A stretch of 64,000 nt of DNA, taken from Octopus vulgaris (lineage: Eukaryota). The position numbers and the translations under genes are program-made. The notes below the pieces were generated by a model, which was not told the DNA's origin, searched no databases, and saw only the letters and a list, made by a program, of their open reading frames with translations. This document shows positions 12,735 through 27,427 of this stretch, piece by piece. The stretch is from NCBI GenBank assembly GCA_951406725.2, contig OX597818.1, forward strand, positions 21,576,001 through 21,640,000, in the 5' to 3' direction. The first letter of the stretch is position 1; each line of letters starts with the position of its first letter.

Positions 12735-12940
12735 TAGACACAAGGCAAGCATTTTTTGAAGAAGAAAGGTTAGTTGATACCATTCAACAATGCACTTGAC
12801 TGTTATTTTATTTTATCAAGGTTGGAGGGATGAAAAGCAAATTTTATCTTGGTGGAATTTGAACTCAGAATGTAAAGAGTTGGAAGGAATGTTGTGAGAC
12901 ATTTGTCTAAAGGTGTAATAATTCTGCTAAGGCATTGTCT
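12735..12940 (-). mobile_element. SINE family A, degraded
   Basis: GGGATGAAAAGCAAATTTTATCTTGGTGGAATTTGAACTCAGAATGTAAAG. Confidence 0.7.
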
Positions 12941-13519
12941 TCTCTTTCAGCTTGTTTGTGCCTCATAATAGGATCTGCTTTCAGTAATGTACAGAGCTCT
13001 TTTGACTCCATATTGTAAGGTGAAGTGTTAAGGATTCATCTTGACATCTATAATACAATCACCTTTTGGTAGGTGTAGGTTGCTGGCTGAAAATGTCTGT
13101 TAATGTTTGTCTTCACAGTGTATCCATTGTATTGTTAGGTTACTGTTCTTAATATATTCATTGTTTTTATTATTACCACCAATTAGGTCAACTTTGTTTT
13201 CATCCTTCCAGAGTTAATAAAATAATACATGACAAGTATTGGCATCATACAATAAATTACACTCTCATCTGATACATGTAACATTACTTACATTTATAAA
13301 TATAAATGTAGAAGCATTGAGAAATATGTAAACAAATAATTTTAATTGTGTATCTTAAAGTGGATATCTCACTTATCCTGACGATATTGTGGTGAAGCTG
13401 ATAATAAAGATGATAGAAGGGAAACTAAAAATAATAGTAATGGCAATAATGATTTCTAGCATAAATATAAACATGATGTTACAAATATATAATTTAACAG
13501 TTTATTTCAATGCAATTTC

Positions 13520-13674
13520 ATTGACCCCAATGCTTGACTGGTACTTATTTTATCGATCCTGATAGGATGAAAGGCAAAGTTGATCTCTGGCATTTGAACA
13601 CACTACTTGAAGTCAGAAGAACTGCTACTAAGCATTTTGGCTGACATGCTAATAGCTCTGCCAGTTGCTGCCTT
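13520..13674 (-). mobile_element. SINE family A
   Basis: GACTGGTACTTATTTTATCGATCCTGATAGGATGAAAGGCAAAGTTGA...CTGCCAGTTGCTGCC. Confidence 0.8.
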
Positions 13675-16600
13675 TTACAGCTATAAGTAATAGCTTGTAA
13701 AATATTAAGTTAGAAAACCCATTGCATTGGGTAGGGGAGTAGCCAAAAGTTAATAGACAGAAAGAAAAACAGAAAAGGCCAAAGATGGAGACAAGGGACT
13801 CAGCATTTTTTCCATCTGGAAAGGTTTTTAAATCAATATATTACAAGTTTTATAAATAGCTGTATTTGCTTAGAGATAACCTCTTAAACTATTTGTAGCA
13901 TTATGTTTACATTATCTGTGGGTAGCCTTCAGCTGTTTTTCATCCAAGGTTTTTTTTAGACAAATGCAATACAAGGTGTTATTAATACCTGTATTTTGTT
14001 TGAGATATATTGTTAAATGATATATAACTTTTAGCTGCCCTCTCTATCATCTTTATTATCAGATTCACCACACCACTACCAAGAGAAGTGAGATATCTAA
14101 CTGTGTAAGGTACTGGATTACTTTTTTATAAATTCAAATGGATTCAGGTGTTTTTGAACAGCACATTTTATATTTCGTTCCAATTTACTTTTCTGTTGGG
14201 AATAGGTACCAAATCATCTGGGAATGTTAGCTACAAGAGACCAAATATTCGATCCAGGTGATGATGTACTTCAAATGTGCTTCAATCCTTGAAATTGAAA
14301 GCTAAGAACCCAAACATCTTGGAGCTTAAGAAATATTTCCATTTTTATTTGCTATCATATAGTTATACTCCATACCGATTTGTAATGATGTGCATATAGC
14401 ATGGAATACTTCTGTATGGACTATTCATAGTTGAAAATAGTAATTAGTTGTGTGTTTTGATAAAAGTATACACCATGGATGATTGTCTTCAGTCATGGAT
14501 TACTATGTTTTTGTTAGAATGAGATTTGAATCCACAGAAAATAATTCACTATTGAACTTTTGCTTAAAAAAAAAAAAAATTAAATACCCAATTTTATATA
14601 CTAGCCTGGATAGTTAATGTATATTTTATAAATTTAAACATTTTTAGGGCGAATATTTTTAGAACAAGTTGCCTACATAAATAACTGTTCAGCTCTGGAA
14701 GTAAGAGTGATGTATTTTCAGGCAAATGAACTGAAACTATATAATTACCTTGCTCAGAGCTTAAATACAGTGGTTCTAGTGAAGTTTGAACTCATGAAAA
14801 TGTCTTTTAGAGTCTGCCACTATAATATCTGTGCTTTTTATGTATTATACACTAAAGTTTAGCTGAAACCCATAAAGTTGCCACTAGAGAACAATCTTCC
14901 TTACTCTATAATTTACTTACTGTTAAATTTAGAATAAATATTTATGCAAAATATATTTCAGAATTGTGTGTTTATTATTGAACCAAGGGAGGCAACTCCA
15001 TAGATACTGTATTCACTGGGGAGTGATATTCCCTTGTATCTCTATCTGCTAATATGTGTTTCAGTGTTAACTTCAGGAAATACATTCTGGGTTAGTGTAA
15101 GATATTATTGCTTGTCCTAACATTATTTAACCTAGAAAAGAAAAGTCTTAACAGAAAAAGAAATAAGAAGGAAAGAAAAGTTTTTGTTGTGGAAAATAAA
15201 ACTGTTTCTGGCAGCTGTTCAAGCAAAATGTTAAAAAAAATATTTTTAGAAACTAGTTCTTACTTTTAGTTGAATAGTAGTTACTATTATTATTATTATC
15301 ACCTGGCTTTTGATAATTGTATTCTAAAAGTGATTTATTTTTCTTTATTATTTGATATGTTGTGTTTTTGCTTTGTGGAATAGATAGTTCTTGATATCGT
15401 GCAAAATAAGGAAAGGTCATAGAATTGCTTTAGTGGGCTGGATACCCTCATTTGAAAATAGTCTATTTTTACTTGATACTTCATACATAATCAGTGGTTT
15501 CCATATGTTGTTCATCATCTCTAGTTTTTTTTTAAATATTTTTTCTTTCCCTGTTTTAATTTTTTAATCTATTGTGTCTATTTAGTTATTCTTTTATGGT
15601 TTACTCATCTTAAAATATTTCCGAGATGAATTATAAATTAACTAGCAAAATATTTTCTTTTCAATTGTTTGTTTTTACCTGAGAAGTATTTTTTTTACTG
15701 GAAGAATAGTTGTTCAGAATTTGTTATCAGTTAACATATTAATGGCTCATTTAATTAATTGTAAATATGTTTTAATTCAAGTAGAAATATATATTTAGAA
15801 AAAATAAAATTTGAATAAAAATAATGCTAAGTGTAAATATTAGTGGGGGAGGGGGTAAAAAAATGAAACAAAATTAGAAAAAACAAAAAAAAATTGACAT
15901 TTTGGTGAATGTAATATTAATGTCTTCATACTTCATCACATCACTTACAGATGTATTGACATACACACATAGATATGAATGTGTAAACACATAGGTATTA
16001 ATGTACATGAACATATACAAAAGTTCATACACACATTTGCTACAACAGATTTGCATGTGGGTCTCTGGAGATTGACCTATCCTTCTCTCTGCTTGGTGCT
16101 ACTTTCTTGATATTGTTTTGCAGACTGGAAAAAGTAAACAATTGTGCATTGCTCACCACCACCAAATAAGGTGTTCTAAAATCTTAATGTAATCATTTTT
16201 ATGTTTTTACTTAGCATCAGCACTTTATCTTATACAAATTATTCTTTACTGTGAAACATTCTTTTAAAACTCTTGATTTATATACTTAAAGAAAGAAGTA
16301 AAATATAGGCTAAAGCTGTGTTCTGTAACAGTTTTGATAATATACTGGATATCCTACAATGTTTTATCAATACTGCAGACTTTTTCTTAACATTTTGTGA
16401 TATGTGAATTCTATTAGTTTTAGTAACATTGGATTTATGTAATTATAGATCCTTTTGTGTACTTTTATAATTGATCATAAATGTTCATTTTTTCCATTTT
16501 CACCAATGATCTTTCGTAGCAGTTCACTAAGCTTGACTCTGCAGAGTATATCTTAATATGTCTGAAAGAGAACTGTAGTTTTGTTATACTTCTTGGAGTT

Positions 16601-16879
16601 GAAAAATGTTCTCTTATGTAAATGTTTATTGTGATTAGTTTTTCCTTCTAATAAATCAGATGGATCTAGAGAAATTGGTGTTATTTTTTGTCTCTGTAAT
16701 GTTAAGTAGATGAAAGATAAATTTCCTAGATTAACGCTCTGAAAGTAGTTTTGTAGTATATCTATTTTTTTGTTTTTTTTATAGATGAATGATTGAATTT
16801 TTTAGTTGTTTTGTTTGAGACAACAAAATACTTGCATGAGATATTAATTTTTTTAAACATGAATTGCTATATATTTTAA

Positions 16880-17051
16880 CCCTATCCAATTACTCTGTCA
16901 AATATAATGCTTATTTATTCACATTGTTTTGAATTAATCATGTGTTATCTTGTAGCCTTGAGATTTTGATGATGTGATTGTTTAATTTTTGAATTAATAT
17001 AAAACAGGTAGAATATTTTGGCTAGATATGGCTGGTTTAAATGCTAACAGA
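16880..17051. mobile_element. TTAA-flanked (piggyBac-type) MITE, degraded
   Basis: TTAA (16876-16879) then CCCT at the left end. The right end AATGCTAACAGA-TTAA (TTAA at 17052-17055) is a decayed inverted terminus. Confidence 0.5.
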
Positions 17052-19711
17052 TTAATGTTCTATATCTTCTGCCAATATTTTAATTGGTCTTCTGAATGCC
17101 TCAGGTTGCAAAATGACTGGCTGTTGTGCTTTGCTTTGGAGTATTATGAAATTCTTCATAATGTAATCTATTTTATAGTTTAGCCATATGAATAATGGCA
17201 TAATAGTTGTACATGGACTATATAAGTATATATTTACTTCCTCTGTTGACACTTGCATATCACATTTCTTTCCACTGTCATGGATTGCTGCATTTTGACA
17301 TAAATAAACATTAATCAAGAATCTATCTTAGTTGTTTGAGAACTGTTAGATAAAAACCTCTTATCTCACTCTGTATCTTATTTTCATTTTGGTTTATATA
17401 TCTTTACATCCAACTATCTTCTACTCTTCCTTAACTCTTGCTGTCAAGTTATCTAATACTCTTGATGACTTGATTTCAGTTTGGAAAATAATATCTTGAT
17501 TTATCTATCATTTCAAAAGAAGAAAGCAATAAATAATTGATAAATAGAATACTTTTTAAGCAATCTAAAGCTCTCATCATTTCAACTTCACACTCTCAAA
17601 ATGGCCAGTATCATCATTAAGTTTTTTATAGGATAGTAAATAGAAATGCTATTGCTGGGATAAATACCTTATAGTACTTACTTTCTTCCCTCTACATTCT
17701 GAGTTGAAATCCTCTAAGGGCAAAACAGCTATTAATTACTAAACAATAGGCTATTAAAGTGAATTAATGTTCTATCTCTGAAAATAAAACCTTGTGCCTA
17801 GAAAATCACCATATTCTTATCTTCATACCTAGTTATTCCCCTCAGTCTAATAATGATTTGAAAGACTATGGAAGCTACCCTACATATTCCATTTAAGTGC
17901 ATACCTCCTCCCACATATAAGATAACTATTTTTATTCCTTTGATATCAAATTTAAAGTGTTCTAACAAATTTATTGTTTCTATTATGGTATTGTTATATG
18001 TCAGACAAAACTGAGTTCAAATACTTGTATCTTACCTTTGGGTTTATCAGCATCAATCATTGATAGCAAAGAATATAAGAATTGGTCTTTCTAATAATAA
18101 AACATTTCTGAAAAACAGTTAAGGCTAAACTTTGCTTTCTGTTTCTCATGGTATTTACTGGGCTAATTGATAAACTATGGCCTATATATATTAAAAAGCA
18201 AAGATCTTGTGACTAAGTAGAAAAAAGTTGTGTCTAATTCATTACGCATTTTTTTTTTAATTTAAAAAATTCCATTATGCATAATAACTGGATACCTCTG
18301 TCTCCTGTTTCTATGTATTGCTCACCACCCAATCCACTAAATACCAATAACTCTCCTGTGGTTAAGAAGTTTGCTTTGCAATCAAGTGGCCCGAAGCTTT
18401 GTGAGTAAAATTAGCTTCACAGAAAGTGTGTGCATTTGAATAAAGTACAATCAAATGTATTGTACTTGCTATTCAAAAGTCTGGCCTTGTCATATATTGT
18501 ATCACACTGATTCAGCTTGAGAATTATGTTAAAGATATACGTATCTGTGGAATACCCAGCCATTTACATGTTAATTTGAGTAGCTGGTTCAGTTAATTGA
18601 ACAACTGAATTCTCATCATCTTAAAACAGAGAATCCATCAATTTGTACAGTATGGTTTTGGGTGAAGCAGGAACTAAGCTTACCTGGCAAAGCAGCAATT
18701 GTTTTGTTCCTCATTATTTTATGACTTTCCTTTCAGTTAACTGGTTTGCTCTACTGAATATTTTTATGTAGCAATTGGATAGTAGCTTATAATAAATTTC
18801 TGATTAACTAATCTCCTGGTTAAACTAACATACTAGGACCTATGATCATTTATTTCTTGATAGGAAGCCACAACATACAAAGATTAGCATTGAGTTCCAA
18901 AATCTATGAGACCCCTGAGCAATTGTGCAGTGTACCCATGTCTTTAAATGTCCCTGAGCTAACCTGTCAAGTGGTTTATATTGTGATTTAACGATTTTGT
19001 TTTTAGTTCTGAAAGCAAAATTTGAAACCATTAAATTTTAAAATAAAAATTTGTAGAATATATTTTAAATAAAAAAAAGAGTATTGTTTACATCATTTGG
19101 GGTTTTTGGGATATGATTAATAGCTTTGTCTTTATATGATTATTCAAAGGGTCATAATTCATCACTACTGGATAATGAAAATCTTATGAATTATATAGTC
19201 GCCACAGTTTACTGCAATGAACTGGCCTCACCTATGTTAGCCAATGAGTGAGTGTCTGCATGGTGTGTCATCCTGATAAAAATAGTAGCCACCACCAATT
19301 TCACCATCTAAAATAAGGAAGGTACACATTAGCTAATATGGATAATGCTGTGTTTGATGTACTCTGTCTGAAAATGAAATGAGATGGTTATGGCTGGAAT
19401 ATTCTTTGATTATAAGTCTGAATTAGGGCTGTCATGGGGTTATATAACAACATAATTTCTGAGTAAATAGAACTTGATGAATTATTGTGAAATGTCTAGG
19501 AGAAGGATACAATAGTGCTTTAATGATAGAGCAGCACTTAATTGGGACTCTTGAATATTTGATGTGAAGCCATGTTTTTTGATAATAGAAAATATATGTA
19601 AATGTGGATGAAGAATGAATGATTTTACTTGTATGATGGTTACTATTTTTTCACTGATGGCAAAACAAAGAGACATGGACTCTCTCTCTCTCACTCACAC
19701 ACACACACTGA

Positions 19712-19865
19712 GGACGAGCCTCATTCAGTTTCTGTTTGCCAAATCTACTCATAAGGCTTTAGTAGAAGACACTTACCCAAGATGCAATGCAGTGTGATTG
19801 AACCTGAAAGCATGTGGTCGTAAAGCAGATGAACTTCTAAACTGCAAGTGATGCTTTGCACCTAT
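19712..19865 (-). mobile_element. SINE family B
   Basis: CAGTTTCTGTTTGCCAAATCTACTCATAAGGCTTT..AGTAGAAGACACTTACCCAAGATGC...GATTGAACC. Confidence 0.7.
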
Positions 19866-21997
19866 TGCCATGCCTAGATTTATGTTTACACCCACACATT
19901 CATGCGCACACACATATGCACACACACATATGCACACACGTATGTATGCATCTAAGCACTTTATACATTACTGTTATTATTATTATTATTATTCAGATAA
20001 TAATGATGATGTATGTTTACCTACACACGCACACATTTCCAGTCTACCCTGCATGGCTGCAGTCCAGTGACTGAAACCAGTAAGAGAAATAAATGAATAA
20101 AAGAAATGCCAGGTGGAAAATATCCAGGGTATGAGTAATAATCTGCAATAGAAACATTTATAAAAATATAACTGAAAGAAAAATAAGGAAAAAAAAAAAT
20201 GGTGTAATGACTGTTGCCATAGTTACATAGGAATTTAATTTAACAACAGATTTATTTATTCAGGATTTGTTGATGTTATTTTAAGAATTGATCCATGTGA
20301 GATCTATTTCAATTGAAAGTTCCTTTCAAAGTTTGTAGCTATCGATTACCAATTTGAAGATAAAAATTCTTATGTCAAATAGGTAAAAAAGGAAATTATC
20401 TGAACATATTGACTGCTTTAAAAAAATCTGGGGTCTTGTGTAAATATTGTAAAACCTGAATCTTTTTATAAATCTCCATATATCCTTACTGACAATATAC
20501 CTTCACCTTTTGGCTGGTCTCTCCTGTTTATGTAAACAAAATGTCTTTATTTTGTTTTTAATATTTTTCTTTGTTATTTCCATTTACTTTTTAAAAAACT
20601 GTTCTGCTGTGCACTCCAATGCTATAATTAAATGCTTGAGAGAAAACACTTGCTACCATAAAATGGACACATAGAAAGTTGTGTATTTTTCTGTTTCTAA
20701 ATTTCCTTTAAAAACACACAGTCTAAAAGAAGGAAAAAGAAAAAAAGGTAAACACTGAATTCTTAACTTTCACAAGATATATTATTTCCTGTTTGTTACA
20801 AAAACGAGGGAAATTGCTTTAATTACTTGACAGGCAGCTGGTAAGGTATAATTTAATATAGACATATCAATCTTGTGGTGGTGGTGATAGTTGGTTGTGG
20901 TGGCTATAGTTGGTTGTGGTGGCTTTATCCAGAAATTGTAATTCTATTATAGTGAAGAATATAAAAAATAATATGGATTAAATAGTCCTGAAAAATGCCA
21001 AGAATAGTGGGGGAGGGAGAACCAAATAAAGAATAATTAAAAAAAATTTTTTTTAAAAGCAAGGAAAATAGGCTTGCTATAGATAAATAGCTTCTGTACC
21101 ATATATGGAACTCCAGGTCCATATGGTCTATACTACTGTTGCCACTGCTACTGACCTACCAGGGGCAAGGCATAACTTTGAAGGATAAAGATGAGCAGTC
21201 ATGTGACTGTAAGGAATGCCAGTTGTAGAATTCACTTATTCTTATATGATTCATCTACTTGTTGTTTGGAAGCTGTTTATAGTTGCCAAATCAGATAGGT
21301 TGAGTTTGAAGTGTTTCTGCATCAGCAGCTAGGCCAGTGCATCTTTTTTTGAGTGTTTTTAATACTTTCTCACCTCCTTGATAACTTGGTGCCGACTTGG
21401 TAAGTAAATATATGAATTTCTTTAGATTTTGTATAATGTAGTAATGATTATTAAGAATGAAATATGTGAACTGTTAAATGTCATGTAACAACAGCACAAA
21501 CTTCTAAAAGTTTTCACACACACACATTCACACACCTGAAAATATCTCACAAGGTGTGATTCCTGAGTTACTTTCTTCTAACTTAAATCAAAATGATTAT
21601 GAATTATTCGGCTACATCAATAGGCATATTTACCAATTTTTAAATGGAAATTTGTTGGATTTCTCAGAATTATTAGATAGAATTTTTTTCTGAAAGAAAT
21701 ATTAATGTTTGGTTTTATAATAGATTTTAGTTTAATGTATATCATTGTGTAATAGTGTTTATGTAGTATTTGCAAGCTGATTTTTTAAAAAATTAAATGA
21801 AATGTGAATTGAAAGTTTATTTTAATGATGAAGCTATTGATTTATGAAATGGATATATTTGTAGTTTTTTTCCTTTCCCAGTCTTAGTAAAATCAAATTT
21901 TATACTCAAACAAAATGTTTATTTGTACTGTCATTATTCTAATTAATTCGTATTTTCTTTCCCTCTTCCATCACGTCTTTCTCTCTCTATGTGTGTG

Positions 21998-22002
<5 letters not shown>

Positions 22003-22034
<32 letters not shown>
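22003..22034. repeat. (AT)n microsatellite
   Basis: Perfect AT run. Similar runs at ~35635-35690, 42508-42545 and 50386-50418, and a compound (CT)(AT)(AC) tract at ~35206-35267. Confidence 0.95.
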
Positions 22035-22041
<7 letters not shown>

Positions 22042-23309
22042 GTGCATACAAGTTGATGTACTGTGATAGAAGTGACCTTTTGAATAGGACCCTTCTTAAT
22101 TTTTAGGAAATATATACTAAGTTTCCTCACTTTTTTCCTCTTAATTTTAGTTTGTTTTAACGCAGAAAATGTTTTCAGAATTAGTTATATTCTAAATGTT
22201 ACAAGTAATATTAGATTATGTTATTAATTCTAGTTCTCTGATGGTAAAACCCCCCCCCTTCAATGTTAATTTATTTTGATTTGTTTGTGTGTTCTGACAT
22301 AGATTTCTCTGATTTATAAATATTTTATATAAAAGTTTGCTTCAAGAACATGTATGTGTGTATATATGCGTGTGTATGTGTACACACACATGCATGTATG
22401 TGTATGTACACACATGGATATGAGTGTACAGGAAATTAACATTGCCTGTGATTTAATTATATTCTTTGTAAAAACTGTTTTCACGTTCTTATACTTATCT
22501 GTCACTGTCATTATTAAAATTGTTTATCTAAGATTAACTTCAGAATTTAACATACATTTCAAACACATTGTTCCCTCTGTGTGTGTGTGTGTGTTTTCAT
22601 AGTTTCACTATGCATTCTCATTCTTACTTACATCTTCTTCTACTGTAACCGGTAGAATATAGCATCAGCTGTGTCAAAAGTGATGTTTATTCATATAAAA
22701 GAGGGAAGGTGTGCTTTACTGACTTTGAAACACTTCTACTGGATTCTGACCTACCTTACAGAGGTAAAATAGTTGAATGGATATGATACTAAGTTACTGG
22801 TGCTTTATGAGTTTTATTACTCTCTGCTACAGGTGTTTAATCTTGTCTGTAGTAACAAACATAAAAAAAATACCTGACTCTTATTTTTACCTTACTAAAA
22901 AAATTAACTGATACACTTTGGAAAATTATTTGAAATAAGAGTGACACCCAATGAAAATTTGGTATCTCAGGTGCTTATCACTTGGTTGTGTTGTTAGCAC
23001 CTGGTCTGCCTTACCTCAGTTGACATAATCAAAGACATTTCTACAGTGACCATCCCATCCTTTTTTTTGAGTATTGTGTAACTAGGACTACATTATTATA
23101 TCTGAAGATAACATTTATCTTATGATCCTTCCGAGAATTCTGGAAACAATTTATATGTGCATGTGTGGATATGTGTATACATGTGTGTTTGTATACATGT
23201 ATATGTGTGTATATCTATATATATATTTATGCATGTATATATTTGTGTGTGTGTGTGTGTGTGCGTGCGCGCACACATGTATATATATATAAATGAGAGA
23301 GAGAGAGAA

Positions 23310-23570
23310 GGCCAGCCATAGCTGAATGGTTAATAAGTTCTGTTCACATTCATGATGTTCTGGATTCAACTTTGAATGCATGACACATTGGGCAAACGTC
23401 TCTTGTCTCAATACCTGTGAATAAAAGTAGACAGAAATGGTAGAAGCCTGTTGAATAGACTGCATCTGTAATTCAAAGGGCCTGGCCTTGTCACACACAA
23501 GCTATCAGACTGCCTGAGGATCTTATTGAAAGTATGAATGTCTGTGGAATATTTGGTTACTTTATAATTT
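23310..23570 (+). mobile_element. SINE family B variant (related copy at ~18355-18630)
   Basis: tRNA-like head, CACATTGGGCAAAC core, then ATTCAAAGGGCCTGGCCTTGTCACA...GTCTGTGGAATA shared with 18470-18560. Confidence 0.55.
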
Positions 23571-25264
23571 GGAGAAGACAATTTTGTTGATCAAATACCA
23601 TAAAAACTGATTGAGGAGCTGTTTGCTTTTCTCAAACTTTAAAGATATACAACTCTGTTTTCTTATGCATGGGTTTACTGGTTCTTTAGATTTATACTTT
23701 TTGTTTGCTTAAATTAGTACAGAAAATGTTTCTATATCTGATTGACTTTGGATATGATCAACCATCAAATGAAAACAATAAGTAATTTTAGACAGGCTAC
23801 TTGGGCACAGCCCAGCATTTTAACCATTCTACCACTGTGATGCTATCACAATTCTTTCTTTCTTTCTCTATATGAATGTATAATATACACATTTCACTGC
23901 CAGACATAACAACATATGCAACATACAGCTTGTCAGTTTTATGCTGAAAGAATTCCTTTGTAAGTTCTCTAAACATGAAAATTCTCTAAAGTTATTTTAG
24001 CTCTATTAAACACTAACCTCTGCGTTATTGGTGTTTCTACTTTTAGTATTTTCTGATTTACTGAGATAACAGCATATATCTGCAGCAAGCTATGATTTTG
24101 ACAGATGGTTCAACTACACTGTTCACTGTTTATTTTGAACATTGGAAATAAAATTGCAATGATAGTTAGCTGAAAAAAAAATGACTTTATAACCTATGCA
24201 CAGTCTTGAGTGAATATATGGTATTCAGTTATATTCTAAGTTCAAAATTAGTTATTAGTCTGGGTTAGTATTGCTTTTTATTGAGCCCCCCCCCCGAGAT
24301 CAATACAATAAATATCAGTCATGTTTAGGGGCTTGAGTAAAACAACAAATTGTTTTCCAACCACTATAAGTGTGTAGGCTCATAACAATGTAAAAAATCA
24401 ATGTTATATACAATATATCTTTGTTTAGTTTGAAATTTAAATTGGTAAACCATACTAAACACAGACACCTGATTAAAGATATTTTAAAAACAGAAATTCT
24501 AATTTTTACTTAATTCAAAATTGAATTTGAAAAAATTTTAAAAAACCTTAAATTTTCTGTTATTTTAGTTTTTAGCATTTTTCTTTAAAGTCAATTTTTG
24601 AATGTTTGATTCAAATTTACAATTTAATTTCAAATTTATAAATGTTTTTAATCTGATATCCCTTCCTTGAATTTGGTTTCTGAAAATATCTTAATTTTAT
24701 CAAGTTTGAATTGAAACAAAAAAGAACTGAGGGGGCAATAGTTTGAATCAAAATGTTTAACATTCCATGCCATCCACTAAACAGTATGTTAAGTCTTCTC
24801 AAAGATAAACATTTCTCTGAATAATGAAAACAATATACACTGTTTTCTGTTGGTGAGTCACACACATCCCATGGTTTTGACAGACAATTGGTTGGTGTGA
24901 ACATTTTGTTTCCACGAAATCATCAAAATCATGGTGACACCAGATCTAATAATATCTTGATAAATAACCAGTCTGGAAATGTGAACCAACATGACCTAAG
25001 TTGTGGGCATTGAGATGCTAACATTGTTTCAAGATGAGTGAATGAATCTCATAACCCATTAGGTTGTGAGGACACTGCTTGTGGTTATTGTGTTCTGTAT
25101 TTAGGGCAAGTTGAGCTTCATCATCTTTGTCAAGGAATAAAGGTAGGGTGATCATTTCAAAGGATTCAACCAACAACTAGATTAATGCTACATGTGATAA
25201 CAATTGTAGAGCAACAGTGTGGAAGCCCACTTACACATTGTGTATATGTGTCTATCTTTATATA

Positions 25265-25610
25265 CATCATCATCATTGTTTAACATCCATTTTCCATGCT
25301 GCTATGAGTTGAATGGTTTAACTGAGGACTGGAAAGCCAGCAGCTGCACCAGGCTCCAATCTGATCTGGCAATGTTTCTACAGCTGGGTGCCCTTCCTAA
25401 CGCCAACCACCCCGAGAGTGAAGTGGGTACTTCTTATATACCACTGGCACAAGAGCCAGTTGGGCAGCCTTAGCATCAATCACGTTTGGATGGTGCTTTT
25501 GACGTGACACACAGGAGTCAAGGGGCACTGGCAAGGGGCACTGGCATTGCCCATGTTCAGATGGTGCATTTTACATGCCACTGGCATGAGAGCCAGTCAG
25601 GGGTACTGAA
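25265..25610 (-). mobile_element. RTE-type 3' tail element (family C)
   Basis: (CAT)n tail, TTTAACATCCATTTTCCATGCTG, GCTGCACCAGGCTCCAATCTGATCTGGC and GCCCTTCCTAACGCCAACCAC, followed by degenerate ~60-bp subrepeats. Confidence 0.85.
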
Positions 25611-26267
25611 ATCCATTAATTAAGCAATGCATTTCAGTTTCTAACATTGAGCAGTAGCTTCCTCATAGTACATAGTCACAGCTACGTGTAACAAGAAAAA
25701 AAAATCTTGCTAGAAACAGTGTTAGTAATTTGACTATTTGGGCAACTGTAATTTTTTTATTATGACTCTTTCCTTTAAATACCTGCTCTTACAATTTTGG
25801 CAGATGATAATGTAGACAAATAACTTTGCATTTTCTATTTATAATAAGATAATCAAAATTATTTGATTTTTGAGGGTAATATTATTGACTATGTTAACTT
25901 GTTTTAATATCTTCAAATACAGTAGAGTGGCAGTAATAATTAAGTGTCAGACTAAATACCTTTGAATATTTACTTTTGATCTGTTATGTCAGTGTTTCCC
26001 AAATGGTACATCATAGCACACTGATGTACAGGGAGATGTAGCTAGGTGCCCTAGAAGAATAGAGTATTTTAAATATGTGTAAAGTACAATCAGAAATTCT
26101 AAATACAAGTTCATATGTTGGTGTGTGTATTTGTGGGTGAGAAAGTACTACTGCAAGTGTGGAATAAATGGTCATTAAATTGGAAACAAACACTCTCACT
26201 TGTATGAGATTGATGCTCATTTACAACCTTTGTGTGAGGTCTAGGCAAGGATTCACATGCATATACA

Positions 26268-26422
26268 CAACAGGCTTCTTTCAGTATCAGTCTACCAAAT
26301 CCACTCACAAGGTTTTGGTTGGCCTGGAGCTTGTGGTAAAAGGCACTTGTGTAAGGTGCTGCTCAAAGGGACTGAAGCCAACACCACATGATTGGGAAGC
26401 AAGTTACTTAACCACATAGCCT
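26268..26422 (-). mobile_element. SINE family B
   Basis: CAGGCTTCTTTCAGT...CTACCAAATCCACTCACAAGG...GGGACTGAA...GATTGGGAAGCAAGTTACTTAACCACATAGCC. Confidence 0.78.
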
Positions 26423-27379
26423 ACTTTGAATTTCATAGATAATTAAAGTAAGCTTGTTTTATTCATCACATTGATGAATATTTTGAATTTATTGTTGTTA
26501 ATGATGTCAGATAAAATATATTATTTACCATCTTGTGGATTCAATGGTTTATCTAAATGTCTAATTTGGTGATAGTTAGTAATGTTTATAAGTAACTATA
26601 ATCAACACCTTATCTATTTATTCTACTGTAGAGAACTTTGTAGTCAAATCAGGAAGTGATTTCAATTATTGTTGTCCCCTCCCTACCGAACAACCATTTA
26701 AACATTACTTCCCTGCTATCCAGCTCCTTTTTATTATTTCCTTTCCTTCTTCTTCATCCTGCTCCCTTACCCCATTCCAACTGTCCTCTTTCTTTTGGTG
26801 CCTTCTTTAGCATTGAAGTTTAAAGGAACAAGATTCAGTCTACAAGATTGTATTAAATTGAAACCAAATGTTTGGATACTGGAAGGAAGTAAACTGTATT
26901 TAGACAATGTGTGTGTGTGTGTGTGTGTGGAAGCTGTTTCTTTTTCTACTATTTTTCAATGGAGTGTTTTCAAAGAAACCTTGCAATTAAACAAAGATAT
27001 TTGTTGCCAGTTTTTGTTTTATTTACAAACTAATTATATATAGAAGATAAAAAAAAAATGATTGGCACAGTTTTGCATTACTGTTCTTTCATAGCTAGCA
27101 GTCTTCACTTTCTGAAACTGCAAAATACTAGAGCCTCAGCTAACAAAAGTAGTTGATCACTGCTAAGTGGTGTATATATGTGTAACATACATCATTCATC
27201 ATGATCATCATAGTTTGATTGTCAATAATGCCTAATAAAATGTTTAAAAATTAAAAAAACAAAACAAAACATTTCTTATAATGATTTGTTTTATTGTGAC
27301 TGTTTTCGGTATTCTTTTCTATGTGATATCTTTATATTAAATAGACAATTTATTATCAACTCATGCTTTTTTTTTCTAG

Positions 27380-27427
27380 TAAATTTTCAAGGTATTACTT
27401 TAGATAGTGGCAGCAGTTCAGATTCTG
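27380..27427 (+). CDS. Candidate 48-nt internal exon of an unidentified gene (xNFQGITLDSGSSSDS, phase 1-1)
   Basis: Strong acceptor TGC-T-run-CTAG ending at 27379 and donor CTG|GTAACT. Length is divisible by 3, only one frame is open, and the sequence is non-repetitive. No homology check was possible. Confidence 0.4.

Noticed and set aside
18678-18692. CTTACCTGGCA resembling the U1 snRNA 5' end
   Set aside because: Only ~11 nt match with no U1 body. It reads equally as a minus-strand donor (CAG|GTAAGC) with no supportable upstream exon.
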